Both the position numbers and the translations under genes were made by a program. A stretch of 64,000 bases of DNA, taken from Octopus sinensis (Eukaryota). A model generated the notes under the pieces. That model did no database searches and was not told where the DNA came from. It saw nothing but the letters and a program-made list of their open reading frames with translations. This document shows, in pieces, positions 27,868-38,907 of the stretch. How positions within the stretch are numbered: position 1 is the first letter of the stretch; each line of letters starts with the position of its first letter. The stretch spans positions 45,756,001 to 45,820,000 of the forward strand of contig NC_043012.1 of the NCBI RefSeq assembly GCF_006345805.1, read 5' to 3'.

Positions 27868-28290
27868 ATATTTAATGGGGGATTGGTCCGCCTTTGACGT
27901 TGGTCATAGCTTTCCTGGTCTACGAATACATGTACTGCATGGTGTTTAGCAGAATTTGGAGTTAGAGCTTTATAACCGGATAACTCGTTTTTCGGAGTTG
28001 ACATTGAACGGTTTCGGTTGACACATAGTTGTCAATGTGGTTGTTTAAATTCTACAGTAAATTTTCCTGTCGTAGTTCGATGGTTTTTATTAGGCAATAT
28101 GTTTTACTATTCTGTAATTCCTCTAATTGAAATTTGCCTTCTGTTCAGAAATATGTTTGCCAGAGATGGTTTTTACCTTGGTTTTAGTATAGCAGTATGA
28201 TTTTAGAGAAACTATTTCTAGAAAGATTAAATTTAATAGTTTTCGACTCAAGCTTCAACCATCTACACTCCAAGATATTTTACCCATTTT

Positions 28291-28690
28291 AACTTTTATC
28301 TTTTACTTGTTTCAGTTATTAGAGTGCGGCCATGCTCGCCGCCAGTAAGAGATCTTAGTCGCTTGAATAGATCCCCGGTACTAATTTTTGTTAAGTCTGG
28401 CATTTATTCAATCGTTCTCTTGTCCAATCCCTAGGTTACGAGGGCGTAAACACACCGACACCGGCTGTCAGGTGGTAGTGGAGGACAAACACAGGAACAG
28501 AGCCACACCCACACCCACACACACTCGTATACGACGGCCTTCATTCAGTTTTCGCCCCCACTAATACACTCACAAGGATTTGGTCGGTCCATGCCTATAG
28601 TAGAAGACACTTTCCTAAAGTTCCGCGTAGTTGGACAGAACCATGGACCATTCGGTCGGGAAGCAAGCTTCTTACCACACAGCAACGCCT
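28291..28690 (-). mobile_element. tRNA-derived SINE (family 1), diverged
   Basis: Colinear with 6901-7303 (TTTTACTTGTTTCAG...CTATAGTAGAAGACAC...CTTACCACACAGC). Confidence 0.75.
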
Positions 28691-29422
28691 TCGTCTATCT
28701 AAATATAAGTAACTGTAATGAAAGAAAATAGAAACTTGGAACTATAGTATAAAGTACAAGGCATATACAATACCTACCAACACATAGATCACTCTCGTAT
28801 TTATTATGCTGCCAGCCAAAGAATAGAGTTAAATAAAATGCAGCGTTCCCATTTTTATTTATAATTTTTTAATGTTTTAAATTTTTTTAAATTTAAATAT
28901 TTCATTTTTTTTTAATTCTTTAATTTTTTTAATTCTTATTTTTTCTAATTATTTAATTCTTAATTTTTGATTTTTGATTTTAATACTTTTTGAAGCGTGA
29001 AAAAAGTTTCAATTGTTTATTGATAAGTTTTGAAATGTTTCTTCTAATTTTTAAAAATCTCTTGATTCTAGAATTTTTAGTATTTCAATTTTGAATTTAT
29101 AATGTATTTTCAATTTTCATCTGTAATTCATATTTTTAAGTATATAAAAAAAATGATTACGTATACTTAAAAAAAAATTGCAGTCTATTTATTTATAATT
29201 CTGTTTTTCATTCTTTAATTTATCCTTAACCATAACTAAAAGTATAGCTGGTTTTTTGGGCAAAATCTTCGTTGATAAATCTTGGCTTTCAGCGACGTTG
29301 TTTGTTTCCATGTTAACCATGCAGCCGGCATGCATTAATTAAGCAAGTGCTGATGAAGTATAGCATTCGATGCCAATAATGTCGAATTATTATGCAGTTC
29401 TGCTTTCTCTCTCTCTGTCTGT

Positions 29423-29423
<1 letters not shown>

Positions 29424-29488
<65 letters not shown>

Positions 29489-29501
29489 GTCTATCTATCT
29501 G

Positions 29502-29585
<84 letters not shown>
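29424..29585. repeat. (TATC)n microsatellite
   Basis: Read directly; resumes at 29791-29899 and after 30415. Confidence 0.97.
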
Positions 29586-29586
<1 letters not shown>

Positions 29587-29790
29587 TTTTTTTCTTTTTA
29601 TTCTTTTTATTTCATTCAATTTTTTTTGTTTTTTGTTCTTTTCTTCCCTTTTACGATCCCTCTTGATCGAAAACCTACGCCACCCCCTTTTTTTTCTTTT
29701 GTTTTTTGTTCTCTTGATCCCCCAAAAGAAAAGCTCTACCTTGTAACTTGTCCCATCTGTGTGCAGCCCTGTGTGGCCAATAAAGAAACT
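29586..29790 (+). mobile_element. Short 3'-end copy of a diverged Tx1 subfamily in (TATC)n
   Basis: Shares the CGATC-N6-GATCG hairpin and AAAAGAAAAGCTCTACCTTGTAA...ATCTGTGTGCAGCCCTGTGTGGC.AATAAAGAAAC with the other two copies, with several substitutions. (TATC)n on both sides. Confidence 0.88.
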
Positions 29791-29824
29791 TATCTATCGA
29801 TATGTCTATCTATCTGTCTATCTG

Positions 29825-29892
<68 letters not shown>

Positions 29893-29899
29893 CCTATCT

Positions 29900-30061
29900 T
29901 ACCACTTGAAAAGGAAAGTGAGAGTAGAGAGGCAAGTTTTGTCTAGCGAATGTTTTAAAAAAAGATGGGAGAATGTAGCAAGGATGGCACGTATGAATGA
30001 CGAAGCCACCTTGAGCATAGTCCTATGAACCCAGAAATCGAAAACAGAGAGTTGCTTATTT

Positions 30062-30097
<36 letters not shown>

Positions 30098-30414
30098 AAT
30101 ATAAAATGTGACTTCATTGACCGAGGTTACCGTGGTCTTTTCCGTAGGCTTTTCTTTCCACGGGTAAACCTCACCTGTCCTCCCCTTTACACTTCATATT
30201 GACATTTCTGTGATAACGATCCCTATTGATCAATTTTTTTTTCCTTTTTTTTTTTTTTAACCCCCCCTTTTTTTTGTCCTCTTTCTCTCCTTTTACGATC
30301 CCTTTTGATCGAAACTCCCCCTTCCTTTTTTTTTTTTTTTAAACCTTCAAAAGAAAAGCTCTACCTTGTAATTTGTTCTATCTGTGTGCAGCCCTGTGTG
30401 GCTAATAAAGAAAC
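29900..30414 (+). mobile_element. 5'-truncated copy of the same Tx1 element (ORF2 C-terminus + 3'UTR) in (TATC)n
   Basis: 29900-30028 equals 38779-38907 with 2 substitutions in 129 nt. The 3'UTR differs mainly in homopolymer lengths. Flanked by (TATC)n on the left and TATC/TA repeats on the right. Confidence 0.95.
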
Positions 30415-31952
30415 ATATCTATATATATATCTATCTATCTACCTATCTATCTACCTACTTATCAATCTAGATTGATAACAAACTTCTGGATTGTTTGATG
30501 CCTGCTAGACCTAATAGATATAGCAGCCAAATCTTGCTCAAAGGACAATCTAATGTTTCATGTACGTATTTGTTTATTGACAATTGATGGATGTTTCTAC
30601 ATCGTAGATTGGTCTGTTAGAAGTAGCAGCTAAATATCCTTCAAATGTATTTCAGCTTATATTGTATAAAAAGTTAATGTATGCTAGAGTGGCTAGAAAT
30701 AATGTCCAAATTTCCCTGAAATTTCACCGTACAACATGATGTAGTTACGTATATATTTAGGTAAAGTTCGATGCAGTGTGATAGTAATAAATTCCACAAC
30801 ATATCTTGTCTCACAGAATTAAGAAAGAAAACTGAAGATAATTTGGCTACAATTTATTAAACCCACCAATGGACATTACTAGTACACTCATATCGACCCC
30901 AGAATGACAATAGAGTCTACCAGGACTTCAACTCGGAACACGGAGAGAAGCAAAGTTAGATGAGTCAATAAAGGGAGATAGAGAGAGGGGATAGAGAAAG
31001 AGAGAAAGAGAAAGAGAAAACATTCAAAGAAGGTCAGTGAGGGCACTACACTTTTCTCCTATGTCAGCTTGTAAGGCAGGACAAAGAACAAGTGTTACAC
31101 TAGCTTCTGTCTGTGATTGCTTTCTTTCTCGTTATAATTCTCTGTTCCCGGCAAAGTTGTGCTTAATACTTCGAAGTTAATTGCACTAACATTATTTATT
31201 GTTGGATACAAATTTTGCTTTTTAAATTTTTGACTTCACACAAAATATAGCAAAGATTTTGTAGAACTCTAGAGGAAACTAAAGCGGAGAATGAAATAAA
31301 GTAGCTTAACGTTTCCGGCGCATTAGGGCTGGTTTGGTGAAGATATGAATGGTGGTAATATGCATGCCGAAATGTGGGTTCAGTTCCTGTCAGCTAAAAC
31401 AACTTCTCAATTATAATCAGTTTACTGTGCCATTTAATCAACAGCACGTATTAAGATTTATATCCTAACTTTAATATTGCAGCTTCACCGATAACACCTT
31501 AGCCATATAATTTAGTATTATATTGTAGTCTTAGTCTTATTGTTATTTACCTGCTACACTTTATTCATGATCTCTGATTACTAGATTTAACTATTACTGT
31601 AGACTGTTTATAATTATATTTAGTTTAAAATATAGACTGTTTATAAGTATATTTAAATTAAAATAATTAGTAGTAATCTGTTGCTTTTTGTTTTGTATAT
31701 TTGAAATACTTCCCCTACACAATTGTTTTATACATACAGTAGTAAAAGCCAACAGTCTTCCACTGACCATGAGGGAGAAGTAGGGTATTAAACTTTACTG
31801 GTTGTCGACAATATTCACCCGTGCTACGAACCAACAATAGTGTAAGGTTGAGAAGCCTACAAAAGAAAGACAAAGAAACAAAGAAATAAATGTATATCAC
31901 ATATTATTTCTGTTTAGGATACACAGACACACGCAGGCACACACACACATGA

Positions 31953-31989
<37 letters not shown>

Positions 31990-32519
31990 TATATACATAT
32001 ATACATACACACACACAAACACTCACACACACACGGAGACACACACGCGCACGCACACACACATATAAACACACACACACACACATATATATATACAGAA
32101 TAAATATATACATTTCTATAATTATATAGGAGAAGGAGAAAGGGGGAATGAGAGTGAGAGAAAGAGTGAGAGAGAGAGAGAGAGAGAAGAGAGGAGGAAA
32201 GGAAGAAATAAATTGAAAGAAACTAAAAATCACACTCTTTTTTCCAAGGTGACGAAGGGAGCTCATTTAACAAACATGAATTACGATTAATGCATCAACA
32301 GATATGGATTTATTTTCTAGCCGGAAGGAGAGAAAAGTTACTTATATTAATGTATACAATACACAAATTCGAATAAATCTAATTCAACCTGCTGTAACGT
32401 GCATAGGGTTTCAATCAATAGCACCGGGAAAGGAAATTAATATAAGTATTAAAAAAGTATTATAATAGAGATGCATATTAAATCAGGAGGTATTATTTGA
32501 GCGCCAAAACGAATAAAGT

Positions 32520-32606
32520 GAAATAAAGTGTCTTGTTCAAGAACACACACATGGCCCAGTCCGGGAATCGAATTCACTAACTCATAATTGTTAGCCCGAT
32601 GCTGAA
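32520..32606 (-). mobile_element. SINE head fragment (third family)
   Basis: AAGTGTCTTGTTCAAGAACAC...CCGGGAATCGAA, the reverse of a B-box-like TTCGATTCCCGG. Confidence 0.45.
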
Positions 32607-33060
32607 TCTTATACCTTTATGAGTATAGACATTGCGATAAGTCTAATGGCTACTCTCAAATATAGCGATAGCGCACAGGTATTTATTGCTTTTATAGTAT
32701 TATTATAAATACTATAAATAACTCAAGCAATACTTCACTTGGTTGTAAAGAAGCTAATAACCGATCTCTAATTAAGCAAAACTAATCAGATTCATCTATT
32801 TTCCTGAGTACAGGTAGACAATAGATATTTTATCGTTGATACGGAAATGTGTACTTTTATTAAAATCCCTTGGTCGTAAATCTACAATTATTAATACGTC
32901 TGTATTTTCCACGCACATGCGCACACATTCACATACATACATACAAACACAAGTACAGGCGTATACGTATGATTCATGTATAGATATCTACGTATATGCA
33001 TTTGTATATTTGTATATGTCTATTTTAGGTACACAAAACACACGTATAAAATTAGACATC

Positions 33061-33078
33061 TATATCTATCTATCTATC

Positions 33079-33173
<95 letters not shown>

Positions 33174-33186
33174 TTATCTATCTATT

Positions 33187-33235
<49 letters not shown>
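33061..33235. repeat. (TATC)n microsatellite
   Basis: Read directly; abuts the Tx1 5' end. Confidence 0.97.
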
Positions 33236-33443
33236 GACGCTAGTCATATCGGCTCCACGTAAGTTGGCCACTTTTACATGTTTAAAACTCCTTGTTGTCA
33301 AATATTTTGTTTTAATCGTTGTGCAAGTTCATTCACTAAAAAACCTGAGAATTATTCACGTAGAATTCCGCCCCTGTATGGGCGAAATTACAAAAAAACT
33401 TTCAAAACTTTCGTGGGTTTTTTAGCCATTTTTCATTTTGAAA

Positions 33444-35446
33444 ATGGCAACTAGAAACCACGTGGCTAGCCCGCCAGTCATGCAGAACGGTAGCAAAACA
33501 CTATTGCTACCACTAGCTGCTAAACATCGCAGCGTGAACACCGCTGTCACCACCATCACCACCACCAACAACAACAACAACAAATCTAACGTCGCATTCA
33601 CCATCGCCGCGACCAAAGACATTAACTTAGATTTCCCCTCACTCCCCACACCACTTGTTGATGATAAAGGGACAGAGAAAGGGATTTCAAAAATGAATAC
33701 AAACGAAAACATGAATGCCAGCACCACCACCATCACACCAAACAACAACAACAACGAAATTGGCACAAAGCCGCCTACCAAAGACAACACCGCCAACACC
33801 AACACCACTACTACGACGTCAAATGCTACATCCAAGCCTTCTGCTGCTAATACCGCCAACACCAACACCACTACCATGACTTCAATTAACACTGCCACAA
33901 TTAACACTTCTACTGCCAAATTCAAAACGAATTTTGCGGACGTAACAAAACAAAAAAGAACAATTGTAACATTCACCACACAAGAGATAAACCGCACAAA
34001 GGCACTCTTCTCCAAAGAAGGAGACAAATTGCACCTTCATATTCCACAACACATCGTGGAAAACACACAAAAAAAAAAACAATAATTTATAAAGTAATAA
34101 ACAAAAAAACAAGAAGAACAGAAAATGCACCGCAGGAAAAAATCGATAAATGCCTTCGTCCTGTATGGGACTCCAAGGAATATATCAGTTGGGGAAACAA
34201 ATTTGGTACAGTCCAAGTACGTTTCCTCAACGAAAGTTTAGCAAAACGTTTTTCCACATTGGAAGCATTCGGACGACTTGGTAATGATACCAGTCTATTT
34301 AAACAAAAGGGTCACGAAAGTCCAAATAAAAAACATACCATTTGATGTCGAAACACAATGGTTGGTCTCTGCCATCTGCTTTGAAATGTCAGAGACAATG
34401 TCAGAGACAAACATCCTGGAAATCGCGGTTCTAGGAGAGAAAGACTATGTGGGCAAATCAATCGAATTCCTGCTTCAATTGGATGAAGCAGCAAGAGAGA
34501 AGATACCCACCGCTATAGAACTGCCAGGAGGCTACAAACTCTATATAGTGGTAGAGGGCAGGCGACCACGCGCTATTGTGTGGAAGCGAAACACACTTGA
34601 AAAAGACGTGCCCAACCACTGCACACCAAGAGCAACAACAACAACCACTACCACAACCAAAGCACTCCGGAAAAAAAGCTCTACTACCCACACCACCATC
34701 AACACAGAAGACGACAAGAGAAGCACACCAAGCTAATCCGTCATCAACCAAAAACCACTCGACACCTGAAAAAATACCAACACACCATCAACAGCAAAAC
34801 CCAAAGGAACAGAAAAACAAAGAAAACACACACAAACTGATCCCCCATCCCTTATACCGCACTCAACACACACAAACACTCAACAACCAACAACAACGAA
34901 AACAACAACACAACCACTTACACAGACATACATAGAAGCCCACAACATACCCCTACCCCCTTCTGATTCCTCAGAAATTTCGTCGGAAGACGAAACCAGT
35001 GAGGAATGGCAAATAGCTACAAAAAGAAGGAAAATAAAGAGCAGAAACACAACACAACCAACCAATGCAAACACGAACAAAGCAGGGGGAAATACATCTC
35101 CCGAAGACATTTCAAAACCCAACGCAAACAACAGCCACACCAACACACACAAAACATATACAGCAAACATGCTCACAGCCATAGACACCAAAAACACAAT
35201 TTGATGGAATACATCCAATCAAAAACAAACATAACAGAAGATGACATAAAAACAAACAACCACCCATACACAACACCACCAGACCACATCAAAATATTAC
35301 ACATCTCCAAAAGTCTGCACCACACACTCAAAGGCATTTTCCCCAGTGCGGTTGGTAAATGCCAAAAATATCTCAAAAAGAAACTGTACTGGGATCTTCT
35401 CGAGGACAAACCAACGGAGGAGAAAGCAAAAACTTTCGAGCAGTAA
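33444..35446 (+). pseudogene. Tx1 ORF1 (gag-like nucleic-acid-binding protein), frameshifted
   Basis: Joins track ORFs 33438-34085, 34278-34736, 34576-34935 and 35006-35446. N/T-rich N-terminus, then VTKVQIKNIPFDV...YIVVEGRRPR followed by a frameshifted C-x2-C-x4-H-x4-C knuckle ([C][Y]LCGSETHLKKTC, ~34572-34611). Confidence 0.8.
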
Positions 35447-35477
35447 GTAACCCTCTGTATTCTAATTCATTAGAACT

Positions 35478-38400
35478 ATGATCAAGATTGGTTGTGTAAA
35501 TGCGCGTGGCTTGGGGTCCCTTGGAAACAAGGGTACCTCTTAAATGACATAAAGTCACATAAGTTAGAAATCATAGCCATAAGCGAGACCAGACTCCACA
35601 ATCCGCGGGCCCTAAAGACCATGTTTGGCGGACAGTTCAACATTTATTTTTCCCCCTGTCTGCCGAGAATGGGCGGTAGTGGCACCGCGGTACTTTTTCA
35701 CAAGAGTCGGATCTCAATGTAAGGACAATATTCGTAGACCCGGAGGGTAGACTGGTCGTCCTGGATGTCGACGGCAGCAATGGGTGCGCTTTTCGACTCG
35801 TATCAGTTTACGCACCGCCCTTAACAGGTCGGGCGGATTTCTTTCAACGTCTAGAAGTTTTCTTGGGAACGTCTCGTCCTTTACTCTTAGTGGGGGATTG
35901 GAATGCTACCTTGGACACGCATGTAGACTACGTGGGTAGAGATAGGAATAGACGGGGATGCAAATGCCTCAGAGACCTGCTCAGACGCTTTCAACTGTCT
36001 GACAGGTTCCGACTAGACCACCCGAATGCGCCAACGTGGACATGGAGCAACCGCATCGGGTCGTCGAGATCGTATCTAGATAGGATACTGTGTAGGACAG
36101 TAGATAGAGATAGCATAGGATGTCCACAATTCCACATAGTCAGCTACACGGATCACAAACTTGTGACATGTACGCTAGACTTAGGTAAGACACTTAGGCA
36201 GGGTCCCGGATACTGGAAACTAAACGCGTCTTTCCCATCGAGACAAGTTTTCAGAGACCGGATTAGCACACTAGTAAAGAGGGCTTTGACGGGAGCCATC
36301 ATCAACAACAAATGGTGGTTTGCCCTCAAGAGAGCAGTAAAAGCAGAAGCGATTAGGTACAGCAAAGCACTAGCCATAGATAGAAATAGAGTAGAGGGTG
36401 AGCTAGTTAAGAAGCTAGAAGAGGCAATTAGAAGCGGCATCGCATCCGACGTTTTGGCGGCGAGGTTGGCCCTCGACCAACACTTCAACGCCAAACACGA
36501 AGGATGTGCTGTCAGAGCTAGGATGCGTGCTCTAAGGAACGAAGGTGTTGGAGCCGCGAGAGAGGCCCGGGTGGCAGAGGCGCAACAGGGCAACAAAGCC
36601 ACCATTCGGTCACTGGTAGATGAACAGGGGCGCGAATTGCTCGAGCCAAGTAAAATGTGTTAGGTCTTTCAGCAGCATTTTGCCCGACTGTTCGGAACGA
36701 GTGGAGGGCAAGAACGTAGGGTGGACTTCAGTGCCTACCTACATAGCCTACCACGACTCTCGACAAGAAAGGCAGGGTGCTGCGAAGGTGCCATCACGGC
36801 GGCGGAAGTGCGGGAAGCGATGGCAGAATGCTCGAGGGACAAATCACCGGGTTGGATGGTCTACCCTACGAGCTTTACAATTGTATGCCAGACTTGTTTG
36901 GAGATCTCTTGGCGGCGGTGTACTGCAACTGGCAGCAAAACGGGAGCATTCCTGGTTTTGTGAGCCGAGGAGCCGTAACACTGCTGAAGAAAGATCTAAA
37001 CAAGGGAAATGTAATAGATAACTTTAGGCCCATCACTCTGCTTAATGCAGACTTGAAAATTTTGGCCAAGGTGCTAGCCACGAGGTTGGCGCTTGTCATC
37101 GAGAAACTGGTCGACAAGGCGCAAACATGCGCCGTGCCAGGCCGGACCATCCATGACAACCTCCATCTGATGCGCTACATCATAGACAGGGTAGTTAACG
37201 AACCTGGCATGGGTGGGGCCCTGATCAACTTGGATCAATCGAAAGCCTTTGATAGGGTAGACCATCGATACTTGGAGGCAGTCCTGAGAGCGGCTGGTTC
37301 GGTCCCGTCTTCCGCGGCTCGATAGCTGCCTTGTACAGAGGCATCCGTTCGGTAATTCGCGTAAATGGACATCTATCGAGACCTTTCGACATTGCACGTT
37401 CGGTCCGTCAGGGATGCCCCTCTCGGCGCTTCTATACGTATTGACTCTTGAGCCACTACTGCGGAAGCTGGCGACTCTAAGGGGCATCCCGCGAGAATTG
37501 GGATGCGGGACGAGCGTGTCTGCATACGCGGACGACGTCACCGTCATAGTGTCTAGCCACGAGCACATCGAGCTGGTCGGCGAGACACTGAAAAACTACG
37601 AAGCGGTGACAGGAGCGAAAATCAACCGGGAAAAGTCAGTGGGCTTGCGACTAGGCACCTGGAGAAGCAAGCCCATGCCGTCCACCAGCGCCTCCGTCGT
37701 GGGACGCTGGACCGACGGCCCGGTTGAGTTGCTCGGGGTCTGGTTCGGTCCGGACCTCCAAGTGGAGAAGAACTGGAACGAGATAACGAGTAGGGTGGTC
37801 ACTCTCGCCCGGCAATGGGCCGAGAGGAAACTGTCCCTAAAAGGTCGAGCGGAGGTGGCGAACACGTACATCGCGTCCGTCATCTACTACCGCCTGACCG
37901 TCGTACCTTGTCCCGACCCTACCATCACCAAACTACAACGCATCCTCTTTCGCTTCTTGTGGAAAGGATGCGTCCCGATGGTCAGGCGATCCATTTGCTG
38001 TCAACACCCGTTAAAAGGAGGGCTGGGCATGCCGTGGTTGATGATGCGCAGACACGCGCTGAGACTGCGACATCTCTGGCTCTATGTAGACGACGGTGAA
38101 CAGGTGTGGTCGCCGTTTGTGAGGCACGCTTTCCCGCAGCTCGTCTCCATGACCGAACTGCAGTCGTGGATCAAAGAGGCCGAGGAAGGGCGAATGGCAT
38201 CGCGAGTGTCGCGTTGCTCTCAAGCAACTCTGCCGTCCTGGGTCGACCTTAAGTGACTTCAACACAACCAAAGCATTCTATAGGGGTTTAGTGGAGGGGA
38301 GGTACGACGACGAGCTCGGGGCGAACCTGGACGTCGACGAGGAGTACCAGACCCGCCTGTTCGGGACGACTTTCGGGCCAGGGCCCATGGACAACTTCCA

Positions 38401-38907
38401 GAGATCCCTGGCCTGGCAGTGCTACCGAGAAGCGCTACCCGTTCGGGATAAGCTCTACAGACACGGCTCGAGAAACACGGGGCCGACCTGCCCGAGATGC
38501 GGTCAGAGCGACGAAACCGTTCTGCACGCACTCGTTCAGTGTCCAACAATTTCCGACCTGTGGGCTTATGTCGAACAACTGCTGTCACGTGGGGACGAGT
38601 CGGTTTATCAGCTGAGTCTATCGTCAATATTGTCACGCCTCCTTCCTTCAAACGGGAAGGAAGAGCTATTTTCATCATCCTTGTGGCTATGGCGAAAGAA
38701 TGTATCTGGTGGACGCGTCTGAAAGGATTGGAGACAAACACTTTCCTCTCTGGTCAATCTCTCATCAACTTCTTCAAGTACCACTTGAAAAGGAAAGTGA
38801 GAGTAGAGAGGCAAGTTTTGTCTAGCGAATGTTTTAAAAAAAGATGGGTGAATGTAGCAAGAATGGCACGTATGAATGACGAAGCCACCTTGAGCATAGT
38901 CCTATGA
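35478..38907 (+). pseudogene. Tx1 ORF2: AP endonuclease + reverse transcriptase + zinc-finger-like domain, with frameshifts and one in-frame TAG
   Basis: APE motifs: MIKIGCVNARGL, AISETRL, LVGDWNA, SYLDRIL, YTDHKLV. RT motifs: FRPITLLNADLKILAKVLA, LDQSKAFDRVDH, VRQGCPLS, AYADDVT. C-terminal CPRCGQSDETVLHALVQCP. TAG at 36661-36663; several -1 shifts. Confidence 0.93.

Noticed and set aside
29424-30463. Repeat-spacer-like alternation (TATC tracts with unique blocks) as a CRISPR-like array
   Set aside because: Eukaryotic microsatellite with LINE 3' ends inserted; no constant repeat with unique spacers and no cas genes.
33422-38814. Minus-strand ORFs overlapping the Tx1 element (e.g. 33422-34027, 36153-36605, 37596-37883)
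   Set aside because: Antisense shadows of ORF1/ORF2 caused by codon bias; no domains.
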